Shown here in pieces: positions 41,162 to 54,839 of a DNA stretch of 64,000 nucleotides. Made by a program: the position numbers and the translations under genes. The DNA comes from Octopus vulgaris (Eukaryota), in assembly GCA_951406725.2 (NCBI GenBank), contig OX597818.1:3038001-3102000 (forward strand), written 5' to 3'. The notes below the pieces were generated by a model. The model was not told where the DNA came from, did no database searches, and worked only from the letters and a program-made list of their open reading frames with translations. How positions within the stretch are numbered: position 1 is the stretch's first letter; each line of letters begins with the position of its first letter.

Positions 41162-41239
41162 CCTCCTTCTTTCCTGAGCGTCCAATAACACTATACTTGT
41201 TCCACGTCCTCGCATTGTTGTGTTTTCATGTTTGGATTA

Positions 41240-41284
<45 letters not shown>

Positions 41285-41455
41285 ACAAAGGGTAAAATTA
41301 ATTAATTAAGAAGTAATCAATAATTTCACCAAGTAGAATTCGGCATGAAAAAAGGACCATTTCATGGTAAACTTAAGTAATACTAAATAATTAGGGTTCA
41401 GCAAAGATTTGCTTTACCACATAAACTTCGGTATGTGGTAAAGCAAATTATTTAG

Positions 41456-41488
<33 letters not shown>

Positions 41489-41870
41489 GCATATATGGGT
41501 ACAGACCGTCACCAACAGTAAACAACATGAAATACGAAAACAAATGAGTTCAATATGCAAACAATGAGAGAAACAAATGGAAAACAGTAGTAACACAAAG
41601 AATGACCTTTCATCAGTTGTCAGCTGTCTATCTACTCTTCATTTCGAGCATTAAATGACAAGTTAGATCAGAATGAGAGTATATATATGTATATATACAG
41701 TTGTGAGTGGACACAGGTATGCACTTATATCTAAGTGTATGTGTGTTTGTGTGCGTGTGTGTGCCTTTTTATGAATCAGCTATTTTAAGGCTTATATATG
41801 TAGCTTGACTTAATCTAATTGTATTCTGATTCCTGTCTGATGATGAGATCAGTATACTTGAACACAGAAA

Positions 41871-42544
41871 GGATCTTTACCTTTTGACCTACAGATTTAA
41901 AAAATAATTTTTTGTAACAAAACACTTTCAAACTTTGGACACTGGTAGAATGTGTCATATAAAACATCTTTACTTTTAGCATTTTTGAGAAAAACTTATA
42001 TTTACAAAGTTATTTCATGTTAAAGTTCTCGTATTTCAGTAATTTCAACCAATCAATGACGTGTATTCAGCTGAATAAAATTACTGCTGTTGTTTGTCAA
42101 CAAGAACTTCTGGCAGTGTATATTTCATTTGTCACTGTTATTTATAACAACCATAACCCTAAAACCTTAACCCTAACCCTAAAACACTAACCCTAACCCT
42201 AACACCCTAACCCTAAAACTCTAACCCTAACCCTAAAACCCTAACTTTAAAATCTTAAAACCAGTACAAACACATGAACAATGTCATAAATAACAGTGAC
42301 AAATGAAAAATACACTGCTGATAGTTGTTGTTGACAAAAGTAATTTTATTCAGTTGAATACACGTCATTGATTGGTTGAAATTACCGAAATACGAGAACT
42401 TTAACAAAAAGTTCTCAACTTTTTCTCAAAAATGCTAAGAGTAAAAGATGTTTTATATGACACATTCTACCAGTGTCCAAAGTTTGAAAGTGTTTAGTTA
42501 CATAAAATTATCTTTTAAATCTGCAGGTCAAAAGGTAAAGATCT
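41871..42544. mobile_element. MITE with ~270-bp TIRs, 8-bp TSD and telomere-like core
   Basis: TSD cacagaaa at 41863-41870 and 42545-42552; TIRs 41871-42149 and 42282-42544 begin ggatctttaccttttgacct; degenerate (taaccc)n at ~42150-42250. Confidence 0.9.
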
Positions 42545-42949
42545 CACAGAAATGTGCATTACATATGAAATAAAGAAATACCAACTTCATATTTCATGTT
42601 TTTCCCTCATACTAGCTGTGTTCTTTATACAAAAGAATAAACCTGCTATAAAATTGTTTGAACTTCACTGGGTCAAGTAACATGGATACTATCAAAAGCC
42701 ACAACCTTTGTCACACAGCTAGCATATCCATTTCCACTTATATATGTGACAAAAGCCAAGAGGCTTGAAACATAAATGTCTAGGATTCCGAATGAACCAG
42801 ATGTTTTCATACCTTTTTACCATAAGAGAGACATATTCTTTATGGTAACTACAGTGTATTTGCCTTTTAGCAGTTGAAATATGTCACAAATATATTATAA
42901 CTAACCTAAATTCTGTTTATGTCTAAGCACTGCTTAGCGCTAACATTTC

Positions 42950-42993
<44 letters not shown>

Positions 42994-45244
42994 AGACAAA
43001 TGGGTTATCTGATATTGCTACAATTGTTTCATTAGAAATTTTTGTGCCATAAGCATAATACAATTGATTGATTATATAATACAATTGATGTTATATAACT
43101 CCCAACTCATCAGGCCACCAAATAAGCAGGTGAATGATGACTTGTTGATTAATCAACGAGTGAAATTTCTATCAGAATTACTAATATTTAAGAAAATTCT
43201 AGAGGGTGTGTCTCCAGCCTGCCAATCTAGGAGAGTGGGTAATGTAATAAGGTTGTAATAAGGATAGTTATAGGCATTAATATCCTAAGGAAGTCATTAA
43301 GCCAAGCAATGTCATCTGCAAAGGACAGGCATAAATATCCCATATTAAGCAATCTAGTTGTATTATTTTGTTGTGTCAGGGGGGGGGGGTTATACTGCCT
43401 TAATATCTAAGACATTCAATTTCCAGTTATTTATCATTTATATTTTTCTCTTTTCCAACATTTTCATTGCTTTTGCAATCTTGTCAGTGGATGTTGACTG
43501 TCCGTTATTAGAGCTGTATTCCTTTTGTCTGTTTGTGCACATGTATGTGCACTAGTATGCAAGTCTCTGCACATATGTATGTATGCATGTATGAATGTGT
43601 TGACTTACCTATGTATTTATCTGTTTACCTACATATCAATTTACCTGCTTCATATATATATATATTTCTCACAATATATATATAAAAAATTAGAAAAAAA
43701 ACCCACCTTTTATCAATTCAAAATGAACAATTAGATTACACCATCTAGAAAATTACATATAATAGAAATATTCAAATTAAAATAACAATAAAATGTCAAT
43801 GATTAAGTAAATTGCAAAAACATTTTATCGTTTCTCTATTTCGTTGTTTTTGAAATATTATTATTGTTGTTGTAATATTATCATTTATTTATAATTTATT
43901 ATTGTTATTGTTATTGACTGGCTTTGTATAGGACTGGTGATTGTGATTGTACATCTTCTTAGTGTATTGTTCTTTGGTTCTAATATTTTTGCACCTTTCT
44001 TTAATTTTGGGGTTGATAGGTTTTCTTACTATTATTTACATTTATATTCTAGTGATTCTTCTCAACTAACTTAGCAACGTTCTTTTCTCCTTTTCGTTTG
44101 GATTTTGTATTATTTTGTATTATTTTGGGATTAATGCTTAGCTGTGATTAAATTTGTTATTGATATATTAATAGGTGTCTGTTAGTTTTAGTTGGGTGTC
44201 TTCATATTAATTTCTCCATAAGTTGTGTTTTTTTTCTCATATTTCTTTAGTTCATGAGGTTTTAATGTTTTTTCGTTTTTTCGTATTTTTCGTTGATAAA
44301 AAAATTTTGCCATTTTCATTGAGTATTTATTTGATTTCTTTGCACTAAGTCTAACCGCGATAAATTTTATAAACGCTTTAACTATTTTACTTTAAAAATC
44401 AGTTACTCTTTCACTTCACAAAGCTAAGTTTGACATTTTATCGTTTCTCTATTTCGTTGTGTTTTTGAAATATTATTATTATTGTTGTTGTAATATTATT
44501 ATTTATTTAGAGTTTCTTGATAGTATTTTTTATGTTCGATATTGGATATGTTATCCTTTAATTATTATACAAGATTTTAACGTTTTACATATTATTTAAT
44601 TTGAAAATTAATATTGTTAGACTATATTTCTTTTAATAATTAGATAATATTTTCATTAAATAGTATTATTTTTAAATAAACTAGTTTTTATTTTAATATA
44701 AAGTTTATGCTTAAATTTTTTATCATGTGATATATTAAATCTATAGATATTATACATGGATATTAATATAACTAGTTTATATAATGGATTTGAGTATACT
44801 TGTACTATTTCAAATTTTTGATTGTATTATTCATGAAGAGGAATTGTATTGAGTATATTAATTAGACGCTAAAACATATTAATAAATTTAAAATCCAGAT
44901 AGATTAACTTAATCGTTGAACTTAGTAATTTAGTTTGTTTATCAATATTGGTTAGATCTTGTTATTATTTTGAGTTTGATTGTTGTTATTATTGTTATTG
45001 TTATCGACTGGCTTTATATTTATTATATTGTTATAGGACTGGTGATTGTGCTTGTATATCTTCTTAGTGTATTGTTCTTTGATTCTAATATTTTTGCACC
45101 TTTCTTTAATTTTAGGGTTGAAAGGTTTTCTTACTTTCCATTAACATATTATTCTCGCTATTATATCTTTTTATATATATATATTGATAGATATAAGTTA
45201 CGATAGATATTAATTCTTATATCTCTCTTTTTTTAAAAAATATA

Positions 45245-47203
45245 TCTCTATATATAAAACTGAAATGCGTTTCCACCGCTTAGATCGCTTTCAAGGCCAC
45301 TACATCCCGTCCAATTGACTCCAAAATTTACAGGGACATGTAAAATGAGGTGACGATGCCCGTGGGCTATCCTAAAAAATCCCTATTTTAAAAGGTGTCG
45401 TTGCTAGGGCCAAAAACCCACTTTGACAAGTCCACTCCCGTTCTTTAATGTATCTGTCTTTCTCACTATTTATCTCGCTATTTCCTCTCTTCCCAGCACT
45501 TTTTCACTCACTCTATTTCCTACATTCCCATCAATTTCACTTCCTCAAACGGCCTTCTTTTATGTATCTGTCTGCATTCATAGAGAGAATTACCATCGCC
45601 ACCACCAACACACAATCGTGACAACAAATATTATGAATCTCGCCATCGCATTCAATTGTCTGCCTGTTCGTGTTCTGGTGATAATGTACGTTTTTCGTAT
45701 CTATTACATTTTAACATTTATTTAGAACCCTGCAAATTTTTCGTGCTAAATTTTCATTTTTTACTACTTTATTACTTTTTCTTAAATTGATGCTTTTATT
45801 AAAATTAATTCTAATTGTCTGGGTCAATAGTTCGTTTCCTCGGAGGATATGGAAATTCCTATTACCCGTCAGAGAAATAACTCCAGCAGCTCACAACTAT
45901 TTCAACAAAGACAAGGTTACCTGCTTACCAGTCGAATTCAGCGTCAACGCTCACGTATGACAGAGACTCCAACACACACACACACACACATATATACATA
46001 TATATATATATAATGTATGCATTATGTGGTCAGTTGAGCTGAAAATATGCACACCTATGTTAAAAGTGCTGGCAAGTTTGCATGACAACTATTTTTTTTC
46101 CTCAAATGAAACGCGTGTCCTCTAGGACAAAATTCCTCATCTTATAAAATGTGGCCCCAGTACACCTGAATGAAATCGGGTTATATTAACCAAAATGTGA
46201 AAAGGGGTCTAAATGGGGCTGGAAGGGGATTAAAATTTAAAGGAGCGGGTGTTTAGGAATTCTCTGTTACAGCAAGCTAAAGAATTTGCGCCAGCCTTTT
46301 AATCGTCAATGTGTTGCCGTCCATGATGAAGAAGTTTTGAATGCTTGCCATGGTGAGTCTACTGTCATGAGAAAGAATCACTTCAAAACTTGGTGTTTAG
46401 GGATTTTCTTTTACATCAAGTTCAAAATTTTACGCCAGCCGTTAAACTGTCAAAATGTTGCTGTCCGTCGTTAAGAAAAGCCAGCCATTGTGACTCTACT
46501 ATCCTCACATTCTATCCCTTCAAACTTTGGTTTCCAATATTTTATTATTTTTATTCAGCTCGCAAGTTCGTCTGTCCCTTTTAAATGTTAGTATTTTGCT
46601 GTCTGCCTTGAAGCAGACCTTTCCGTTGTTACTGCCTGATATTTATGATTGATCTTTCTAAATATTTTATTTCTCAACTTACTCAACATCTTTTGTTGTT
46701 TATAAATGGGAGAGAGATAGATAAAGATAGAGAGTAAGAGAAAGCGAGGGAGAGTCCGAGAGAAAGGAAGAGTAAGAGAGTGGGGAAAGTGAGAGAGAAA
46801 GGAGAGAGAAACAAAGAGGGAGAATCATCATCATCATCGTCGTTTAACGTCCGTTTTCCGTGCTAGCACGGGTTGGACAGTGTGACTGGAGTCTGGGAAG
46901 CCAGGAGGCTGCACCAGGCTCCAGTCTGATCTGGCAGTGTTTCTACAGGTGGATGCCCTTCCTAACGCCAACCACTCTGTGAGCATAGTGGGTGCTTTTT
47001 TCGTGCCGCCGGCACAGGTGCCAGGGGGGGCTGGCAGCGGCCACAATCGGTTGGTGCATTTTACGTGCCACCGGCACAGAAGCCAGTTAAGGCGACGCTG
47101 CAATCGGCCACGTTCGGATGGTGCTTTTTACATGCTGAAAGGAAGCAACAGAAAGTAACAACCACACTCTTACCCGTGCGTAGAGCGGGTCACCTTCAGC
47201 TAG
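45245..47203 (+). mobile_element. Non-autonomous Helitron nested in the AT-rich element
   Basis: A|TCTCTATATATAAAACTG start; acccg...cgggt hairpin followed by caccttcagCTAG|T end. Confidence 0.7.
46825..47135 (-). mobile_element. RTE-tail retroposon (short RTE 3' end or RTE-dependent SINE)
   Basis: Colinear with 17733-18030; (CAT)n tail. Confidence 0.8.
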
Positions 47204-47582
47204 TATATATATATTTATATATAAAGGGATCTAACGAATTACATTTATTTTAATTTAATTTAAGAATTAATTTCGTCAGACAATATAGTATAATAATTAT
47301 TTGGTGGCTTATTTATTTGTAATATTAAATTTTAATTTAATTAGGTATTATATTATTTGATATTTAGTCAACTTTGTTATAGATTGTTATATTAAATCTA
47401 TAGATATTACACATATATATTTATTATATGGTTAGCTTATTTAAGGAGTTTGTCTATATTTGAACCATTTCTTATTTTAATTACAATTTAATGACTTGTA
47501 CTAGCTTTGTGTATTTTATTTAATTTTAAAGTATTTAATAATTTAAGTATTGTTTTAGTTTTCACTTATGTATATTTAGTAT

Positions 47583-47627
<45 letters not shown>

Positions 47628-47667
47628 ATATTTATTAATTAATTATTTTATTGTTCTAGTTTATTTT

Positions 47668-47756
47668 TAACCTGATGAGTGACTATATTTATATCAAAGT
47701 GATTTCTCTACTACTATAATCATTTCTTAAATATAGCCACGAAACATGTGTCATTA
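47668..47756 (+). ncRNA. Type I hammerhead ribozyme with long stem II
   Basis: CTGATGA (47672), stem II GTGACTATATTT/AAATATAGCCAC, GAAAC ATGT GTC; short stem I taac/atta with one mismatch. Confidence 0.7.
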
Positions 47757-47953
47757 TTCTACAAATTATATACGTTTTTATTATTATTATTTTTTGCAAT
47801 TTACTTAATCACTGACATTTTATTGTTATTTTAATTTTAATATTTCTATTATATGTAATTTTCTAGATGGTGTAATTTAATTGTTCATTTTGAATTGATA
47901 AAAGGTGTTTTTTTAAAATTTTATATATATATATATATATATTTATATGTATG

Positions 47954-47992
<39 letters not shown>

Positions 47993-48081
47993 GGGGGGAA
48001 TTCACAAAAAACAAAAGACGAAGACAGGTGGTGCAGACAACAAACAGATGTATTAGTTTATACCTCAGGAAGTGAAGAAGT

Positions 48082-48117
48082 CTTTAACGTTTTGAGCCTA
48101 TGCTCTTCCACAGAAAG
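48082..48117 (-). ncRNA. Degenerate minimal hammerhead motif
   Basis: Minus strand cttt CTGTGGA A GAGC atag GCTC aAAA CG T T aaag; same architecture as 41127-41161 with core deviations. Confidence 0.4.
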
Positions 48118-48189
48118 GAACATAGAAAGAAACAAAGAGAGAAAATAAAGAATGTGTAGTGGCTAGTGATCTATATATATACATATTTG

Positions 48190-48990
48190 CTTACAGAACA
48201 GCCTACAAGTAAATGTACCTATGTATGTATATTCTGTGGGTATTGGGGTATCAATACCTTCTACATGTATTTCCCATTTAGTACAAGGGATGTTTCATTT
48301 ATGAGAGCGTACTCCTGTATTTGTCTGAGTGATGGGTCCTTTGGGTGCTTTGATAAAATGTGGATGTCAAGTCAGCCCAGTGTGTTTCCATGTTGGTCTT
48401 TGGCATATTGATAGAGTATGGAGGACTGTTTCTTGTCATATTGCTTCAAGTGTCCATATATTCTCTCCACAATACTTCTAGAGGTCTCTCCAATGTATGT
48501 TGTGTTTTTGTCCTTACAAGCACTCTCTATGCACCTAATGCTGTAGACCACATTTCTAGTTCTACAATTAATACCAGGGTTAATCTTACATGCCAATCAG
48601 TTCTCATTAGTGCATGTAGTATTTTCGAAGGTGTATGTCCTCCATAATTGTAATCTGATGGAGCTCTCTAGCTTCTCAACAATCTTAATGTTAGGTTTGG
48701 TCTCCCTCAGAATCTTCCTAAATCTACAGGCTAATTCCCCATGGGGTGTGGCCAATACAACATCACTCTTTGATATTTGTTAGCCTTGTACCATATGTTC
48801 TTATTGTTTGCTTTGTCACAAACCGTCTGTATATTATTCTAGTCTTTACCTCTGTATCTAGGGCAGGTACCACTGGCTTCATTACATATGATGCTATCTA
48901 ATTTCTTTCTAGCTCCCCGGTATACACAAATCCTATCTTTCTGGTCATATCCAGAGAATTTCATGTGGTGCATGAAGTTATGTACATGTT
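48190..48990 (-). mobile_element. Penelope-like element 3' fragment (GIY-YIG endonuclease)
   Basis: ORF 48372-48596: CRTRNVVYSIRC...YIGETSRSIVERIYGH. Confidence 0.85.
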
Positions 48991-49259
48991 TCCTTGTTAG
49001 CAACATCATATAACCCATTTATCTGTTTTTATTATGTTTTAATACCATGCTTAAGTTTCCATTCATCTTTCATTACTTTTGAATCATATTGGAATTGTGA
49101 ATTACCAAATGACAGTGATCATAGCTGCAAAGATAATCAATAACTTGACAGCATGTTTTGCCTAACCAATTTGTGGAATGCTTCACTTTGATATGCCTTG
49201 ATCCTTTATGGATCCCATTCAATAAAAACAATATATATATACACACACACACACATTGG

Positions 49260-49560
49260 AAACTGGCATGCTGTTGGTTTGACAAGTTTTCCAGTTGATC
49301 CAACCAACAGAAGAGCCTGCTTGTGAAATTAATGTATGAGTGGGTGAGCACTTCACAGATATACATAGTTCTCAGGGAAACACAGGATGACACAGATTGT
49401 GATAAGGCTAACCCTTTGAATTACAGATACAACTAATTTTTACCAGTTGAATGGACTAGAGCAACATGAAATAAAGTGTATTGCTCAAGGACAAAACAAA
49501 CTGCCAAGTATCAAATTCAGAGCCTTACAATTGTGAACTGAATATCCTAACCACTAAGCC
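49260..49560 (-). mobile_element. SINE-like copy of the 13590-13910 family
   Basis: Reverse complement of the body at 13700-13860 (ccctttgaattacag, tagttctcaggga). Confidence 0.6.
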
Positions 49561-49584
49561 ACATTCCTTCATACACACACACAT

Positions 49585-51537
49585 ATCATCATCATCATTA
49601 TTCAACGTCCATTTTCCATACTGGCATGGATTGGACAGTTTGACTGGAGCTGGTGAGGCCAGGGGCCACACTAGGCTCCATTGTCTGTTCTGGTATGCCC
49701 TTCTTAGTGTAAATCACTCCATAAAGTGTACTAGATGCTTTTAACATGGCACCAGTACAGGTGATTTTTATGCAGTATCAATTCTGCTGGGGTGGACAAG
49801 TCTTCTTGAGTAAAGCAATATGCTAGTTAGCTCAGTCCTTAGTAATCTCCTTTGTATCTTGAGGTTGGCCTTCAATACTTCATCCTATGTCTTCCTGAGT
49901 CTTCTCCACAAGGCTTTCTTTGTATCAACAAAAGTCATGTACAGAGGTTTATTTTTGGCTAGATACTTCTACAGCTGCCTTACCAGAAACATAGTGTCAG
50001 AAGTGCTTCTCTCTGGCACAAAATCAAACTGCATCTCATCTGGACTAACTCTCTTTCTAATTAGTTGGGCTATGACCTTCTCTGTAACTTTTATCATCTG
50101 ATCCAACAATTTGATACCTCTGTAATTATTTCTGCCTAAGGCATCACCTTTACCTTTGTAATAGTTGACTATGATGCAACTACAACAGTCACTGGGTATG
50201 ACTCACACACATACCTGATTAACAATACATGTAACTAGACCATAACCCACACTGCCAGATATTTTAAGCATGTCAGCTGTTATTCCTGATGATCCATGGG
50301 CGGGCTTTCTCCGTTTTCATATTCTTTATGACTTTGTCTACCACGCTACTGTCTATTCAGGTTTCTAACCCCTCTGTTGAATCCACAGTAGACAGACTCT
50401 CCTTCTCCTATGAGTGCGTTACATTTAATAGCCTTTCATAGTGACACTTCCAAACCTCTTTCTTTACAGAGCCACTAACTGCAAGTGAACCCTCATCCAT
50501 GTGAACACACTTCTCTCCAACATCACAATTTTCCCTGGTACACTGTCTTGCAAACCAAGCCACTGGTCCTCACACTGCAGAACATTGGCAAACTTCTTTC
50601 TTTCTGTTTCACTCTTGGCTATGTATACCTGCCTCCTAGCTTCCCTTCTTGCTGCCTGATATAACTCTTTGCCACTACTACCCTTCTAGTCCTTCCAAGC
50701 CTGTTTCTTTGCTCTAATGGCCCTGTCAACTACACTGTTTCACCACCACGTCACCCTAGGCCTGGTTGGGATTTTGCACCAGCCACAAATTTGGTCTGTA
50801 GATCTCAGCAAGTTGTCTCGGAACTTCCAATTATTTTCCATGTTGCAAGTCTGTAACTCATTAAATGCTTCAGTTAGGACAGCTCTAAATCTCTGAGTAT
50901 TCAAAGGATCCTTAAGCTTCCGTATCCTTCTTTTCCAAACTGGCTTGCTTCTTCGAAGCCTTCATGCCTGTAGCTTGAAGTCACTAATTAGTAACCCATA
51001 CTGTGGGGTACATTCTTCTCTAGGGAAGGACTCTGCATTTATGAGCAACCATGAGTCCCATTTTCTGGAGAGAATGTAGTCAACTTGGCTTGCATGGTCA
51101 CTGGCTTTATAAGTTATCAGGTGATAGGCTGACTTTCTGGTGTCATTAGGTCATTCACATCATAAAACTCCCACAGCCTTGTTCCCTCTTCATTTCAGGA
51201 ACCAATTCCATGGCCTCCATGCACCCCATGGAAGACACCTGTGTGCTGCCCAACATGTCCATTGAAATCACCAGCCACGAAGATAAGGTCACTGTCACTT
51301 GCCTTTGATGTAGTCTGCAAGAGTGCCATAGGAATAAATAGTCCTTTAGTTCATTTGGCAGACCAGGTTGGGTGGGGCATAGGCAGAGATGATTACTGCT
51401 ATACTATTCTGCAAAACTAGTCTAAGCTTAAATATCCTGTCACATACTCTGACAACTTCAATCGCCTTATTTACCCATTTCTCTGCTAGAAGTATACCAA
51501 CACTTTCTACTCATCACTGTTGCCCTCCCAGAAGATA

Positions 51538-51540
<3 letters not shown>
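49585..51540 (-). mobile_element. Decayed RTE LINE (endonuclease to RT start, internally deleted, with 3' tail)
   Basis: Colinear with 19430-20400 and 30140-30700. Confidence 0.8.
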
Positions 51541-51604
<64 letters not shown>

Positions 51605-51605
<1 letters not shown>

Positions 51606-51750
51606 AGGCTTCTTTCAGTTTCTGTCTACCAAATCCACTCACAAGTGGTTGGCCTGAGGCTATAGTAGAAGACAGTTGCCCAAGGTGTCATGCAGTGAGA
51701 CTGAACCCAGCACCATGTCATTGGGAAGCAAGCTTCATCCCACATGCCAC
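51605..51750 (-). mobile_element. tRNA-derived SINE 5' fragment
   Basis: Reverse complement of the SINE head (tttcagtttctgtctaccaaatccactcacaag...actgaaccc). Confidence 0.75.
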
Positions 51751-52909
51751 TTCTGCACCTGTATATGTATGTCTACATGTGTGTGTGTGCATGTACATAA
51801 ATGCACGTGCGTGTATGTGTATATGTACGCATGGCATTGTTGTTTTTATCATTACTTCATTTTATTGTTATTGCTTTTGTTGATGTTATTATTATTAATG
51901 TTACACGTTCTCATCATTAGAGTTGCTTCTTTTCTTTATCATCATCATCATTATCATTGTATAAACATAGAAAGACATTTGTATATGTATGCATATATAT
52001 GTGTATGTACGTGTGCATGTCTACATGTATATGTGCAGGAATGTATGTGTGAGTGTGTATTTGTGTGTGTGTATATATATATATATATTAGGTATCATTG
52101 TAGAGCTTTGTAGAAGGGGTAACAAGCACTGTTTGACCATGCAAGACCCCATTTTTTCTAGATAATTTTGTGTGTGTGTGTATACACACACACACATACT
52201 GGCATGTGTTGGAGAGGTTCACAGAAACTAGCAATTCAGAAGACTGCACCAATCCCTGCTGTCTGCCTTGGCATGATTTCTACAGCTGGATGCCCTTCCC
52301 AACACCAACCAATTTACAGAAAGTATTAGGTGCATTTTTACATGGCACCACCTGCAGTGAGGTCAAGTAACTTGCAAGACAAGACCCCTGAGCTGAGGTG
52401 GGTAGTAGTATTGAGGGACATGAAAAAAAGTCTTGCATTAGAGGCTGCCTCAGGCAGTGAAAGAGTGGGGAGAGAAGAGAGTGAGTGAGAGAAGATGACA
52501 GTGAGGATGAATGGGCTGGATTTTGGAGAGAGTGAGTGGGTGAGTTAATAAGATTGCAAAAGGAGTGATAGATGGAGTTGGTGTAATGGGTAGGCACAGG
52601 TAGGAGGGAATATTGGGTAGATAAGTTGCGGGGATGAGATTCAATGGGAACATATTGTGTGCAGGTAGGTATGTGAGGGAGAATGGTGGGAATGCAGCGG
52701 TTGGTGAGTATGGGTGGGGAAGGGGTGCTGGGGAGATGAGTTGGGGAGGGGGTTGTTGCAGTGGGGGAGGGAGTAGATTGTGTGCAAGAGGTGGTGGTGC
52801 AGGGGATATAAAGGACAACCCTTCATGGCCTTCAGTTTACTTAGCTTGGTGAGTCTTCTCAAACTCAAGAAATCCCTAGAAATTAAAAAATATGAGGATT
52901 TAAAATTTA

Positions 52910-52957
<48 letters not shown>

Positions 52958-53189
52958 ATATATATATACATACACACATGTGCACGCACACACGCACACA
53001 CACACACACACACACTCAACCAGTTTCACATTTGATTTTTAAGTGTATGGTATGTGGGTCTGTGTTGCAAATTGAGTCTTCTGCGGTCATTGTGAGAGTC
53101 ATTTGTTTTTATACAAAGAATGTGGCTCAGAATGCTATTAGTTAATGCACAAACTGGTTTTCAAGAATGCCATGAACACTGGAACCAAA

Positions 53190-53730
53190 ACTCACAATAA
53201 ACCAACAGACTAAACAGTACCTACTATTTATTTCATATCGCCCAGAATATACCAAAACAAATATTCCATTTAATCTGGCAAGAAGAATCCAAACAATTGT
53301 CTCCAATCTGGAAATTCAGGATAAAAGACTCTTGGAACTAAAAGAGGCACTAATTGAAAGAAAGTACCCATCTACTCTAATAGAGAATGGAATAAAACGT
53401 GTCAAAACAATAGACATTGAAGAGTTATAAAAAGCCAAAAACATTTCAGAAACACCCAAAACTATCTTTAAATACAACATGCAACCCAAGAAACAAGAAC
53501 TGTTCAGCATTATCCATCAGAATATATCATTATTGAGCTGAAACCTAAGAATAAAAAAGAAACTTGAATCATACAAAATAATCAAATGCAAAAGACAACT
53601 AAAATCCATAAAAAATGACTTAGTAGCATGAAGCTACACACAATGGACTCAACTCCAACAGCTAAAGTGTGTGGCACCTCTAATTTCAGAACTTGTGACA
53701 ACATTATTGAGGACACAACCTAAATTTAAA
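53190..53730 (+). mobile_element. Penelope-like remnant (RT thumb/linker)
   Basis: Colinear with 38790-39320 (NIPFNLARRI, RLLELK, YPSTLIENGIKR). Confidence 0.75.
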
Positions 53731-54329
53731 TTGAGACAATGAGAGGTGGGGATGTGTAGGTAATAAAGCAGTTGTAAAAAAGACAATAGATGTCATCTGT
53801 AATGGTTTTAGAGAAAACTAGGAAGGCCCTACATAAGTTCTTTGCTAATTTCCTAGATGTTACATTAGATTTAAATTCTTCTAAAGCTTAATGAATATCT
53901 AAAATATATTAATATATACTAATTAATGAATATCTAAAATATATTAATATATACTCAAATCAGCACAGATCTATTTTTAATAGCATGATTAAAATTATAT
54001 TGATTAGGATCCCAGATCTATCAGCAGCAGAGGAAATATTTAATAACCAAGAACTTGCAGCTAGTGGCTTCTCACAAGAAATTACATCCTTATCTAACAT
54101 TAGTCTTAAGAACTATTTATCCCAACTATGCCTCAGTAGCATGAATATAACATCCCCCACAGCAGATATGGATGCCAAACAGCCCTCCCCACCACTAGGA
54201 ACTGAAAAGAGCATAAAATGCTGCCCTAATGATTGTGTTAATTACTGAAATACAACTAGCGGTAACTTTGATAATATTGATAATATGAGTAATGACAATG
54301 CTAATAATAACAATAATAAAAATAATAAT

Positions 54330-54680
54330 GATCCTTTCTATTAAAGGCAGAAAACCTGAAATTTTTGAGGCAGGGACTAGTTAATTTCATTGACCTCAGT
54401 GTTTCACTGGTACTTAATTTATCAACCCTGAAAGGATGAAAGGCAAAGTCGACCTTGGTGGAATTTGAATTCAGAATGTAGTGACGGGCACAAAGCTGAA
54501 ATTTGTGGGGAGGGTTAAGTTGATTTTATCAACCCCAGTGCTCAACTGGTATTATTTCATCAACCCCCAAAAGGATGAAAAGCAAAGTTGACCCTGGGGG
54601 AATTTGAATTCAAGATGTAAAGATGGATGAAATGCTACAAAGCATATTCTCTGGCCCTCTAATGATTCTGCAAGCTCACC
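54330..54680 (-). mobile_element. Third SINE-like family, tandem partial copies
   Basis: caaccccaaaaggatgaaaggcaaagtcgacc motif twice here and at ~30880. Confidence 0.55.
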
Positions 54681-54839
54681 ACTTTAATAATAATAAATTT
54701 AATAGTAGCTATGACAATAGCTACTCAGGAAGTACTGATATTAATAGCATTGATGGTAGGAGCACCTATATTAATGACTATGTAAGAAGAATGAAAAATG
54801 ACAGGCACTCCCATAAACACCATAATTGATGGAGGTTAT

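Larger units (their letters stand above)
43687..47920 (+). mobile_element. Extremely AT-rich hammerhead-bearing element with ~130-bp terminal inverted repeat (PLE-derived, non-coding)
   Basis: 43687-43820 is the reverse complement of 47791-47920; internal duplications; hammerhead at 47668-47756; homologous to 56600-58420; flanked by (TA)n. Confidence 0.65.

Noticed and set aside
41580-41660. CTGATGA and CTCGAAA motifs on the minus strand
   Set aside because: Order and pairing do not give a complete hammerhead; no GAAA follows the putative stem II.
43820-45200. Possible mitochondrial insertion (very high AT)
   Set aside because: No mitochondrial gene or tRNA motifs seen; duplicated elsewhere in the window with a hammerhead and terminal inverted repeat.
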